Source: Squalus acanthias
Taxonomy: Eukaryota
Direction of reading: 5' to 3'
Length of the DNA stretch: 64,000 nucleotides
NCBI GenBank assembly: GCA_030390025.1
Contig: CM059431.1
Location: forward strand, 116,872,001 to 116,936,000
In this document: positions 48,126 to 60,963 of the stretch, in pieces
How the letters are laid out: each line of letters starts with the position of its first letter
Numbering within the stretch: position 1 is the stretch's first letter
Program-made: the position numbers and the translations under genes
Notes under the pieces: generated by a model
What the model saw: the letters and a program-made list of their open reading frames with translations, nothing else
What the model was told of the DNA's origin: nothing
The model's database searches: none

Positions 48126-48799
48126 CACACAAAGCAGCAGACCCAAACCCACTGATTGGGCCGGGTAGCACGCACGGCGGGCTGAATCAGCCCACTTTAG
48201 CAAAAATCGTAATTTCCGGGCGGATTAAACTGGCAGTGGGAACGGAACCCGTTGAACATCAAAGCCGCCTCCAACCCGCCTCCACTCGGAAAATCGCGGC
48301 CTATGCCTTCAGTTGGCAGGAAAATCTAATTGTTTCTGGATTTTCTCCTGGGATGGATCACCCATCCTTAGAAAGTTAGGGGAGGAGGAGTTAACAAAAG
48401 CACCCACCCTAATGCCCCGTGAGTGTTATGGAAAGAAAAAAAATGTTTAGCATAATTATATCAATAACAACGTAGTTTAGCGTGATGGTTATGCAGTTAA
48501 TTCACTGCAAAATGGCAATTTTCCAATCATTCAGTGAGTAACATAAGAATACTGAGTTGCAAGTCCAAATTTCATTTTTAAAGGAGTATTCCTCCTATGC
48601 CTTAAGAAGTCTTATTAAAGGGATTCCAATGTTGCAATTTTAGTAACAGCAACTATCATATTTAAAGTGGCATTGGTTTACTAGCACATTGTGCAATTTT
48701 GTAAATTATACCAAAATGCTCATCAGAACATTTAAGTTTAACTTCAGCATGACAAAAATAATGCATGGCTGTTATGACTCTTTTGCTTGCGAATACAGT

Positions 48800-49525
48800 G
48801 GGCCGGATATTCCGATCCCTACGGGTGTGTACGCGCTGTGCACCCACCCGTAGGGACATCGGAAATACCGGTTTCAGACATACACAACGCATGCGCTGAA
48901 AACCGGCATTTCCGATCTGTCAAGAATCCTCTTAACAGATCCTCCACCTGCCCTGGAGAAGGGCCTCTGCGGGCGGATAGTTCCGCTTTTTGGAGACCCT
49001 CCGCCCGCAGAAAACCCTTACAATTCTTACGCCTGGTAAAAGAGTAGAAAAAAGTTTTAAAAACATTTTTTTTTCACTGATTTATCATTTAAAAATACTT
49101 TAAAAAAAGGTAAGTTTATTTTTAGCCCCGTAAAATACTTCAATTATTTTTTTCAAAAAATTAAATTTTTCTTTAAAATACTTAATTTATTGTAATTTCA
49201 AGTCATTTTAAAAATGTGATAAAAAAAAATTATTTACAGTTTTACTATGTTTTTTCATTGATCTCCATTCATATATTTGACAGCTCTATCTGTCAAATGT
49301 ATGAAGGGAGATTCCCTTCTGTGATTGGCTCCCCATGGCCCACGTGATCCCAGGGACGCTGTGAACTACATGCGCCCCTGGGATACGTGGGCCCTGCGCA
49401 CTTGGAGTTTGGTGAGGCCCAGTATCGGAACTGTGCGCGTCCCGGGAGCCCTCAGGTAAGGACGCAGATTTTTCCAGATCACAGGCCTCCGCCCGCGGGA
49501 GGCCTGCGATCGGAAAATACAGGCC
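48800..49525 (-). mobile_element. Harbinger-type MITE, diverged family C relative in opposite orientation
   Basis: TIRs gggccggatattccgat / atcggaaaatacaggcc; flanks AGT/AAT; 49320-49400 is the reverse complement of about 33980-34060. Confidence 0.85.
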
Positions 49526-49677
49526 AATGTCCTTAAAAGTATTCCAACATACAGCACACAAGTTGTTTTATTTTTTTTAAAGTCTCATTTGCTTATCAGT
49601 AAACGTGCCAACATTAATTCATGCTTACTGCATTGTGCTTGAGCATGCAAGAAGCAGCGTGCAAACTATTATAAAGG

Positions 49678-50130
49678 TGTCAGCCGTGGCTCAGTGATAT
49701 CACTCTCGCACTCTGAGCTGTAAGGTTTTGGGTTCAAAGTCCCACCCCAGGAACCTGAGCACATAAACCAAGCTCACACTTTAGTGCTGTACTGAGGGAG
49801 TGCTGCACTGTCGGAGGTGCCATCTTTCAGATGAAACTTTAAAGCAAGGCCCTGTCTGTCCTCTCAGGTGGATGTAAAAGATCCATGGCACTATTTTGAA
49901 GAAGAGCAGGGGAGTTCTCCCCCATGTCCTGGCCAATATTTATCCCTCAAGCAACATCATTAAAACAGGTCATTATCACATTGCTGTTGTGGGACCTTGC
50001 CCTGCACAAAGTGGCAGCTGCATTTCCTAGGTTGAAGTGACAACACTTCAAAAATATTTCATCGGCTGTAAAGCGCTTTGGGCCATCCTGAAGTTGTGAA
50101 AGGGGCTATAAAAATGCGCGTCTTTCTTTT
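49678..50130 (+). mobile_element. SacSINE1-like DeuSINE, followed by further fragments to about 50300
   Basis: Colinear with 39793-40264. Confidence 0.9.
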
Positions 50131-50315
50131 CCTTACTGAGGGAATGTTGCACCGTCGGAGGTGTCATCTTTCGGATGAGAAGTTAAACTTACGCTACACT
50201 TCAAAAGTAAAAACAGAAAATACTTCAAAAGTACTTCATGGGCTGTAAAGTGCTTTGAGACATTCTGAGGTCATGCTAAATAAATGCAAGTCTTTCTTTA
50301 TAAGCATGACATATT

Positions 50316-51077
50316 GGCCCTGAAATTAAACATCGATGGTTCCCGCGGGGGTAAGGATTCCCCGCGATATCGTACTCCGCGCCTACCTTTTTGTTTCGGG
50401 CCCACACGAACTTCAGTTTCAGGGCCTCTCCCTGTTGCCAGCATGCAGTGCTTGCGTGTCCCAGAGGCGCAATTAGTTCGTGCGAGCTCTGGGATCACGT
50501 GATTCAGTTAGAGCCAATGGCAGCACACCATCTTTCATTCATAGTTTTGACAGCAAGGGCTGTCAAAGCTATGAATACTACAAGCCCCCAAAGGAACAGC
50601 TAAACCTCAATTAAATTTAAAAAAAGCCATCACATTAATAAAATAAGTATAGTTAAATAAATTAACCACTTTAAAAAAAAAATTAAATTTTTGAAAAAAT
50701 TTAAATTCTTTTTAAAAGTTATAAAAATAAACTTACCTTTCTTTAAAGTCTCTAAAAAAGATAAACCTGTTGAATTTTTTTTAAATAACACTTAATTAAC
50801 TACTTACCTTGTTAAAAGAGGGTCCTACGCCTGCTTTCTTTATGTGTAAAATCTTCACCACTTACCTGCGCGTTCAAACCTGAAAAAAAAACTAAGTGCA
50901 CTGCGTGCGCACAACCTGTAGTGCGCACGCGGTTCACTTAGGAACCGCCCCCTTTTCAATTCACGAAGTGCCGGTTTCCCACGCATGTGCAGTGCATGCA
51001 GGAAACCGGCAATTCGGGACCTAATACGCGAGAGTACACAGTGCGTACTCTCGCGTATTAGGTCTAATTTTCAGGCC
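50316..51077 (+). mobile_element. Harbinger-type MITE family C, copy 2 (762 bp)
   Basis: TIRs ggccctgaaatta / taattttcaggcc; ATT TSD at 50313-50315 and 51078-51080. Confidence 0.9.
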
Positions 51078-51229
51078 ATTGAGTGCATGTTTAATTTCCA
51101 CTGTGTTGGCAGACCAGTGTTTTCTAACGCCAACCAGTTATCTACTGGCCCTGTCATTCAATGAGGAAGTTAGGATTGTGATCACTTGGAAACCTGCTTC
51201 TTTCAGAAGTACTCTGTGTGTTCTCTGAT

Positions 51230-51590
51230 AGGCTCCCCCTTGATTTTCTCCCCTCCTTTCCTGTTACATGGGCATTGAATGCGCATGTGGCCATTTTTCA
51301 TGTGTGAAGCTAGTTGGTGGCAATAGCAAGCTACTTGATGCAGGGGGTAATGCATGAGCACCTGATGTTGACATCGGCAAATACTTACATGCGGTCTGCA
51401 GGGCTAACAGAATTTCCATCCGTTGCAGCAGCCTTGACTGATTCTCCTTTCTCTAGCCCAATGTCACGGAGGCCAATTGCCACAACTGTACTGAGACCAA
51501 TGAACTTATCACAGACCATAGGGTGTATCTGAAATCATCCTGTTCTGTGTGACTGAGTACCACATCATGCAGTGCATTTACCCTCTTAGT
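51230..51590 (-). mobile_element. Ancient tRNA-derived SINE (AmnSINE2-like), degenerate
   Basis: Similarity to 39400-39790 and 25200-25510. Confidence 0.45.
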
Positions 51591-52822
51591 TTTTTGAGGG
51601 GAGCTCACAGTTTTAAAGGATGATTAATTGGTTTATTTTCTGTCTAAAAATATGTATTCTGATGTATTTTTACATAGTCATTCCTGCTGTTCTTCTGATT
51701 TCCTGATTTGTACTTTGTAAAATAGTTTTAACCTCTGACACCTGTGGAAATTGATACTCTGTTACTATTCATTAAAAAAAAACATTGAAAAGTAGCAGAT
51801 AATCTCGAGTGACAAGTAGCCTTTGTGCGTGAGCCCATGATCATCGGCGGGGAAACCAGTAGAACAGCAGTGTCTGTTCTACCAGGCTGTGCTCAGAATT
51901 CAGTATTAGGATTCAAACAGAAGTGAGATGTTGCCGTGTCTGAAAGCTCAGGCCAGGCCAGTTATCAGAACTTCAAAGAAAATGGCTGTTTCTTGACATA
52001 TCTATCTATCTGACAGAAATTAGGAGACACGTCATAGTCAAGGAAAGGAAGCGAGCCTTGGTAAACAGCCACATGCTAAAGCTGTACCTAATCTTGACAA
52101 GAACTCTTTCATCTTGGAGATCTGACAGCAGTAGAGTCTCTTTGTGTCTGTGCAAGTGCATAGTACAATTCCTCATTTTCCCATTATGAAAAAATGCCAT
52201 AAAAGTGCCATTAAAAAAGTCATATTTTTATAATAAGTGTTTAATGAGTATGTAACATATAGCGTCTCATCAGCCGGTATTTAATCTTTTATTATTGGAG
52301 GTAGATCAGATGTGCAGGATGGCCATCCTTTTTGTCTGTATCAAATAATGGCTCAAAAAAATCCATGTTAATGTTCGCACTTCATTTCTCGATTTAGGTT
52401 AGATTCTAAGAGCTATCAATTTAAATGTGTAGAATATAAATGTTATTTTTAAAGGTAATTTCCATCCACACAAGATCCTTCAGCGCACATAAGCATGGCA
52501 GAAAAGAAGAAATCTGGGATGCAGAGGCCAAGAATCAAGCAAGTGCGATGTGGGAGTGGGGGGAAGAGAAATTCTGTCATAATTTCAATTAGGGTAGCCA
52601 TCTGCCAAGTTTCGAACTGTACAGGCCAACTTTGAGAGTGGCTGTTTGGCAATTTTGATCAGTGAATACAAATAAGAAAAGTCTGGTTTTTAATTCCTAC
52701 ATTTAAAGAAAATACTGTATGCAGACAAGAAAATACCAGTTTTGTACTTATGCACGCGCAAATGAAGATGGGGGAGAAATTGATCCCCAGTGCGCCTGTT
52801 CTTTGGGTGAAAACTAAGTTGA

Positions 52823-53460
52823 GGGGACCAATTTTTGGGGCGCAAGAGATTGCATCCGATTTCCCCCCCACCCCCCCAACCTCCTGAAAGTGTGCCATCT
52901 GCCAAATTGGCAGTCGGTTACTTTGCAGTGTCCTGGGCACCTGCCTAAAACAGGCGTTAGGCCTCTTGAATATGCTAATCAGGGGTTTAGCACATGTTGT
53001 AGGACCTTGCTGCCAAATTCGGCATAAACCGGGCGGAGCATGTTCTGTTCAGTTTAAGTCTACAGCGGCCTAACCAGAGGTCCTTAAATCTACCACTAGA
53101 GGTCACTGTCAGAGCGAAAAGTAAAGTTTTTTTTTACGTCTGTTAACGTGGGGCCAGGAAGAGCAGAAGTGCTCCTCCTGGCTCTGCAGCAACACTGTGG
53201 CCCATTACTGACCCACGCTCGCCTCTCTCCCATTCGCCTCCCCCCACCCCAGGACTTGCCTGTGGGCCGGTTCGGCGTCAGAGCTGGCCGAATTTCCCAG
53301 AGCTCCAACCGGCAAGCTGCATCGCGACAGCCAGTAGGTGTCCACAGCTCGCTGGGTTTATGTAGGTGAGGCTCGAGGCCCAATTTTTAGTGAGCCTCAG
53401 CCTGATAACTTCGGTCATGCGTTTCAGACCTTTTTTGGTGCAAAACCAGTTTCTCGGCCC
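52823..53460. mobile_element. Probable Harbinger-type MITE, ends uncertain
   Basis: GC/CpG-rich island starting ggggaccaattttt in AT-rich DNA; no clean TSD. Confidence 0.4.
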
Positions 53461-53567
53461 ACGTGCCACATAATTGTTAATGCTGCAAACTACCTAATAG
53501 GTTTTGTTCCCTATCCAGAACCCCACCCTTATTCAGTTTTGGACTGGGAGGTAACTCTAAACTCAAT

Positions 53568-54425
53568 GGGCTGGATTTTACCAGCCCTGAAGAGGCAGGT
53601 CGGGAGGTGGGACTGCTAGGAAAATCCCCCAAAATAGGAGCGGGTCCCAAACCCACTCCCAACCCGCCTCCAACCAATCTTCCCGGGAGTCGGGTCCCCG
53701 ATTTGCGTAGGGTCCCGACTCCTAGAGGCGGGAAGAGGATTACAGCCACTTAACTGCCTGTTAACAGGTAGTTAACAGGCAGTTAAGAGGATTTTTCCCA
53801 TTTTACGGCTGCTGCTGCGGGCTTCCCGATGTCGGGGAACCCCGCCAGGGTAAGTGAGGCGTGATGTGGGTCTACTGTAATTTTTGTGTATATATGACAG
53901 CTGCAGAAGTGGTTTAAAGGATTCAATGGGACACTGGTGAGTATCAGAGGTAAGGAAAAGTTATGAATGTAATTTTTAAAATGTGTTCAGGTGTTTCTGC
54001 AGGTGACAATCTGTGAAGTGTTTCTGTAGGCTCATCTCATCGGGAGAAGTGACAGATGGCTTCTGCAATCTCAGCTGCAGCTGCCATCTGTTTTATCCTA
54101 AGGAGGGAGTAATTGGAGAGTCTGGATGCAAGGGCTCACCTTTGGACAGTGATTGTCAGTGTTTGACAGCACCTCAATGCTGTCAAACACTGTCAAATCA
54201 TCTGCCAAATAAGTGTGGTGCATATGCCTTTAAGAAAACCGGCAGATGAAGCGTCATCAACTGACGTCATCTGACACTGGCTTTCCCTTAATTGGCTGGC
54301 AAGCCTGCAGGGCGGGCTTAACAAGGCCAATCAGGGGAAAATAGCGTCAGCTTGTCAGACGTTGTTGGGGGCGGGACTAGAACCTGAAAACCAGCAGTCT
54401 CGGCCTGGAAGGTAAGATTCCGTCC
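53568..54425. mobile_element. Harbinger family B-derived MITE
   Basis: TIRs gggctggattttacc / ggtaagattccgtcc; AAT TSD at 53565-53567 and 54426-54428; 54150-54335 matches 42465-42650. Confidence 0.85.
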
Positions 54426-55129
54426 AATGACTATGCTTGTATTATTGGCAGGCAAAACATTCTGACTGTGAATATGCATTAAGCTCATGAGTCTTTGCAG
54501 CACGTGGAAAATTACGCTCAGTTCTGATTTTATGTCAGATGTTCATTATGATGAATGAAAACATGAAGGAAGGACCCAACCTATCTTAATGGTAATTAAG
54601 CAGCTCATGTTCTTAATTTGCTCAATAAAAGTTCTGTATCTGTCTTTTTATTGTAACCTATAGCTTTTTTCTGCTTAAGCTTTTTTCAAAGACATTTGCT
54701 GTATTTACCTGGAGGCTACCACCATTTTATATTGGCATAGCTGACAATGATATTGAAGGTGATTCATGCCCTGCGGGTAGAATGACTTTTTAGCAGCGAT
54801 ATAAATTCATTGTGGGCCGTGTTCGTGCACCAAACGTGCAGTCACTTCATTCCTAATGCAACTCTGCTGCTGCACACTGCCTAAAGGGGCAAATTTCCTG
54901 TGTCCTTTGCACCGCATTTGGATTGTGTTAATCTCACTCATTTTAAATGAGCATTAAAAGCCAGCCAGATTCGCACATGTCGGGAATTTTCTACTGCCAC
55001 AAAATTGGAAACAATGGAGATTGCTGTTCGTGCTTTCTCCTCACTTCATTTAATGGATGAAAATGTAGAGGGAAAAAATAAGGGATTCCATGGATATTAG
55101 CAAAGGCAGACTTCCCACACCTACCAATA

Positions 55130-56420
55130 TGTTTACAATCTATAGGGCCAACCCCCCAAGCCACCACCCTGAGTTCCTCACCAAGATATCCTCCCTCCTT
55201 TCCTCCCTCAGCTTCTACACTGAGTGACTGCTCTTTCTCGGTGATTTAAATCTACCCTCTCGCCTAGGAATTCATTGCGCTCATGTCCACCATACACCTC
55301 TCCCTCCATATAAACTTACCTTCCCATATTCATGGTCACCACTTGACGTTGCCGTATCCTGTGGCCTCTCTGCTCGGATGGTCTTGATCAATTTAAAGAC
55401 CATCTTTCCCATCACTTCTTTGTATCCCTCACCACCCAGATACTCACAACCCATTCTCACCCCACTTCCTTCTGCGTCCATCTTGGAAAAAGTTGTCCCC
55501 AAGTCATTTACAATTGCACTTTCAAAATTTCAACTGCATAGCCTTTGGCCTTCCATTCACCACAATGCTTCGGAAGCTGGCGATTTGCTCAGCCGCTCCC
55601 TGACATCCACCTTTAATGCCCCAGTCTCCAGCAAAAACTTTACTCTCTGCCATCCTTGTCATTCCTCCTGGTATAGCCGCCATTTTCACTCCCTCAAATG
55701 CAAGGGCGCAGACTTGAGCATATCTGGGCCACAACTGCTTTAAGTATCCATCGCCAGATCTGGCTGTACCATATCAAGTGCTATCAGGCCTCAGTCTCTG
55801 CTGTCAAAACCCCCAGCTTCTTTTCTCCACTACCAACCGTTAATTTAAACTTTTCCCTCCTACCCCTTCAGATCACCTCCAACAAAAAGTGCGAGGAGCT
55901 CATGGATTTCTTTGTCACTAATGTTGTGACAACACGGTGGCATAGTGGTTAGCACTGGTGCCTCACAGCGCCAGGGACCCGCGTTCGAATCTGGCCTCGG
56001 GTGACTGTCTGTGTGGAGTTTGCACATTCTCCCTGTGTCTGCGTGGGTTTCCTCCGGGTGCTCCGGTTTCCTCCCACAGTCCAAAAATGTGCGGGTTAGG
56101 TTGATTTGGCTATGATAAATTGACCCTTAGTGTTAGGGGGGGATTAAATATGTGGGGTTACGGGGATAGGATGGGATATGTTAGGGGGAATTAAATACGT
56201 GGGGTTACGGGGATAGGGTGGGATATGTGTCGGTGCAGGCTCGATGGGGATTCTGTGTGAGAAAGCAGGGACAGGGTACTGGATTTGGATGATCAGCCAT
56301 GATTGTATTGAATGGTGGAGCAGGCTCGACGGGCCGAATGGCCTACTCCTGCTCCTAGTCTCTATGTTTCTATCTATTCTGCTGCTTCTGCTAATCCTCC
56401 TCCCCTCTTCTGCTTTCTAT
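55130..56420 (+). mobile_element. Decayed L2-type LINE ORF2 fragment (endonuclease region), interrupted by a V-SINE
   Basis: IYR.PP..., LLFLGDLNL, PTFPY..GH.LD, C-rich + strand typical of L2. Confidence 0.65.
55932..56373 (+). mobile_element. HE1-type V-SINE joined to a CR1 3' end
   Basis: tRNA head (tggcatagtggttagc, gttcgaatc), V-domain gtgtggagtttgcacattctccc...gggtttcctccgggtgctccggtttcctcccaca; internal about 47-bp duplication; 56258-56373 resembles CR1 5266-5387. Confidence 0.9.
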
Positions 56421-57489
56421 CAAACCTCCCCCAGGCTCACTCCTGCCCATATACTAAGAAATGGTATCTAATCTAGTGTTGTTTCTAAATGCAGTGGGTT
56501 GGCTCACTAATGGATATCCCTAAGGGGTTCCTTGGATGTGGTGGATCCATACTTCCATCAACATGATCATCAGCAATGCCCAGGACTAGCTCCTCAAGCA
56601 TACGTAAGCTCAGCAGATTTGGGAAGGAGTCTCCTGCAGGTTTTAGACTTACTACTCTGTTGTGCCCTTCCTTTGCCTACAATGTGAAAACAATAATGAT
56701 TTGTTGTTTCCTGAGGCCAATCAGAGCGAGGCAATTGCCCATTGTGGAGTGCAAGAAGGATACTGAGGGAGATTTTATTGGATCTAACCTTTATTAATGA
56801 AAGAGTTTCAGGCAAGGAGCATATAATGATGAGAAAGCATTGCACATGAGTGTGACAAAGGAGAAAGTATATGTGTGCATTATAGGCATGGCATTGCAGA
56901 CCATTACAAAGTCATAAATAGAGGACTCACTTAACTTAAAAAATTCTTGAGGGTGTTGAATTTCTTCCCCTTTTGAGATGCTGTCCTCTTAACAGCAGAG
57001 ATTATATTGATGTGTTCTGTCACCTCTTCCCATGTAATCCTGACTGTATTTTGCTAAGGGGGGTGGGGGGGCGGGGGGGTGCTCATTACTGTAATATCTA
57101 CTACAATTCTGGAATCAAAGGAAACTTTTTCCTCCGCAACAGGAAGTGCATTTAACTTCAGTAGAAATAACAATCGGACAATTTTCTATTACGGCGGCCG
57201 ATCTGCAACGCCAGTTTTATGGCACAGGTGGCAAATTGGAAATCTGCCCCTGCATATCCTGGCGGACTAATGCAGATGTGAACAAGTGGGAACTTTTTGC
57301 AAAATTCCTAATCTGTGCACATCCTTGCAGATATAACTTCTATGACTCTACTCCCTGAAAGCAGTACACATTAGAATATGTACTCGCATGACCTATGAAG
57401 AATTTAAAAAATGCCTTTAAAGGAATCCCATTTTGTGTAAAGATACACTCAGTAAACTTGGTGTTTTTGATCAAATATATCTAAGTAAA

Positions 57490-57920
57490 AATTTATATAG
57501 CACCTTGCATGACCTCAGGATGTCCCAAAGCGCTTTACAGCCAATGAAGTACTTTTGAAGTCTACTCACTGTTTTAGCGTAGGGAAACACGGCCGCCAAT
57601 TTGCACACAGCAAGCTCCCACAAACAGCAATGAGTTAATGACCAGATAATCTGTTTTAGTGATGTTGGTCGAGAGAAAAATATTGATCAGGACACTTCTT
57701 CTTCAAAATTGTGCCATTAAATCTTTCACATCCACATGAGAGGGCAGATGGGGCCTCATTTTAATGTCTCAGCAGAAACACGGCCCCTCCAACAGTGCAG
57801 CACTCCCTCAGTACCGCACTGAAGTGTCATCCTAGATTATAGGCTTAAGCCTCTGGAGCGGGACTTGAGCCCACGAGCTTCTGGCTCAAAAGCGAGAGTG
57901 CGACCACTGAGCCACGGCTA
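57490..57920 (-). mobile_element. SacSINE1-like DeuSINE
   Basis: Reverse complement of the 39793 and 49678 copies (ends ccactgagccacggct). Confidence 0.88.
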
Positions 57921-60107
57921 TAATGTAACCCCGCCCGTTGTGGGTGCGGCTGCTGTCATAGACCTAAAGAGCTGCAGGACCTATTTATTTTGCAATAACT
58001 ATTCCAGAGCTAGATTTCTGTGGCCTGCCTGTTTTCTCTGCTGAAAGCCATTAAATCTACAGACCATTTGCGTCAGGGTAAAAAAATGAACCTTTACTGG
58101 ATCACACACATCAGTTGTGTAGGAACAGTCGAAATAGTGTGCAATTTTAAGTAAAATTAAATTCTCAATGGAATTGATAACACATTGTTTATTCATTTCA
58201 ATTCATTTTGGATTGATAGGTAATATATTTGGCTGTGAGGAAAATATCAAATGATATTGAGAACCACTGGGCTGTGGATTGCTATTTTAACACCTGCACA
58301 AACAGGGTAACATTGATATGTGTTTTACCACCTGCATTCAACAGACAGGAGTGGCATTTATTCACAACGACTCACCTTAGCAAGATTAAATATGAATTAG
58401 CATCTGATTTAAAGTACATCCACTATGTAAATGTTACAGATCAGAAATATTAAAAGAGTCACAGCGACTGCACCTGGTTTGGCTCCAGAATGAATTCAGT
58501 TTCTATGCGCTTGCAGCCAATACAAACAAGCCTGTGTCACTGGAAGCAGAATGGGTTGAATACCTCGCAGCCAAAACCCTTTCAGACTGAGCATAGTAAT
58601 TCCTCAATTGCTAACAAAGACTGCTCTTGCCTATAAAATCTGGTGGATTGGAACATCTGTAAGACATAAATAATACAGCAAATAAAGTATTGTGATTAGT
58701 ATTTTTAATAAATCTTTTGATTAATGGCGAAGTCACAAGCTCTCCCCTTTTCAGTCTGTGTAACTACTGCAGTCATAAAGCCCATCCTTGACATTAAAAA
58801 CATCAAACACTTCTTTTTAATTTTCTTTATGCTTTACAGGTTCCAGAACAGTTTGCGCCCTAATAGAGAACCTTATTCTTAACAGCACTTAAATAGCCCT
58901 CCACTTTTCTCTTCTTCTGATCAATTATCAAGAGAATAGCCATCTGTTTTTATGACATGAACATGCAAAATGCATTAAGCTGAATCACAGTGTAGTATTT
59001 CTGGAGAAAATAGAAAGGATGTTAAACAACAAGAGAGTAGAAGCTGATGTTCGGAATAACAAATGGCTCTCAGTAAAGATATAAAGTGCACACTAGAAAA
59101 AAAAAAGCATTGAATAAAAATAATAGTTACAGATACCAAGGACTATTGTATTCTTGAAAATAAATATTTTAAAATGAATTTCTACTAGCTTGTGAAGATA
59201 CCAGTATTAGTTTAATCAGATATAATCCATTTAGCACAATAGATCTGATTGTAATTGGTCAGTTATCTCAAGAAGAGCACCATGTCACTATTATTAAGAT
59301 GTTGAAGATTTACAGCATAGTTATTGCTATATTAGAAAAAAAATCTTTCCTGATATCTATTCTACTATGGCCAAAGTACTGGGGCCATGTTTCCTGGCTT
59401 TTTAAAGAGGGGTTAAATGGCCATTTCCAGAGATTTTAACAACCCATAATCAATATGGTAGGAATGAGTGATTAAATGCAATATTACTTTAGCAAAAATG
59501 ACAAAAAAATTACAACATGCCTGTCGTAATGATCTTTCAATCTTCTCAAGCAGCTATTGAGCCCCACAACTAGTATAAATAGTTTAAAATTCAGATATCT
59601 GGAGAACACACAAAACTTTACAGAAGTGGGACAACAACTCAGTAAATCCCATCACTGGCTTGACTGTGGGGAATATTGTACACTGTGTAATGAGCTTTTC
59701 GGTCTGGAAGGGTAGCCACAAGCATGAGGCAACAATTCACGGATCATGTAAATTCAGGTGCGACTGCTGTAAGGAACTGAAGGGACGATGGAGCAAACAG
59801 ATAAGTATGCTTGCATACTCATGTACCACCTGCTCTCTTCAAAGAGCAAAGAGAATCAGGTAATCTTCAGTGCACAGCTGGAGAGGAACCAGAACGCCAA
59901 ATGTCACCACACACATTAGCAATAAGCAGCAGTACAGATGCAGACATTGTGACATATATAGTGAGGTGGGTGAGAAAGCACAGTTGAAGCAAGGACTCTG
60001 GTGCTGAAAGGGGTGTTAAAGGTAGGAATTGATGAGGATCGAGCGCTGGCATGTTTGCTGGCCCACTGCAATGTCCTGAGATATTAACCCTAGTGGGTAT
60101 GCTTTAC

Positions 60108-60325
60108 ATAGAATTACAGCACAGAAACAGGTCAGTCGGTCCATGCCGGTGTTTATGCTCCACATGAGCCTCCCCCCACCCTACTTCCACTCACCCTATC
60201 AGCCTAACCTTCTATTCCTTTCTCCTCATGCACTTAAATGCATCTATGCTATTTTCCTCAACTACTCCATGTGGTAGCAAGTTCCACATTCTAAACATTC
60301 TTTGGGTAAAGAAGTTTTTCCTGGA
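60108..60325 (-). mobile_element. CR1 3' fragment
   Basis: Reverse complement of about 12270-12510 with deletions. Confidence 0.8.
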
Positions 60326-60963
60326 TTTCAAGTGGAATCTGTTGCAACACATGGATTATATCAAGTAATCACATAACTCCACACACATCTGTGTAAGGTG
60401 GTTTGGATAGGTTGGACAAAGCTTTCCTGCACTGAAACCTGTGAGAAGCAATACCATCTGGAAAATGCTATGGTAACCTCAGTAATGTAATGTACAGATA
60501 TAATATAAGCAACATCTCTCACAAATGTTCGCAGTGTGGCCCTGAATGCTTTGGTGTACAGACTCAGAGGAGCAGTCTAGGCCTGCTTCAGCTCACTTAT
60601 ACAATGTTTACAGGCAGCCATGAGAGAGGGTTTGATAGATGCCCAGTGCTCTGTGCTCACATAGATTACTGGGTCTTGTGAAGAGTGCCCTCCATCAGTA
60701 CATACTGCAAAGCACAGCTGTGGCCAGTTGCCAGTCATGTCCAAGTCAGTACTGCGCCATCAAAAAGACACTGGGCAACTAACTGCAGGTGCTGCCTCCA
60801 AAAGCAATGAGACTACAGCAACACCAGCAAAGTAGACTCTTGCTACTGATTTAGGTATATCGGCTTTATTCCTAGATATACGCAGTGAGCCTTACATACT
60901 CCATTCAGTTCACCATTGCCACCCACTCCCTCAGCTAGCAACCAGCTTAGGAATAGACACTAA

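Larger units (their letters stand above)
43663..48301. mobile_element. Harbinger family B, near full length, decayed, with CR1 insertion
   Basis: TIRs ggccgcgatttt / aaaatcgcggcc (12 bp perfect); TAT TSD at 43660-43662 and 48302-48304. Confidence 0.94.
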
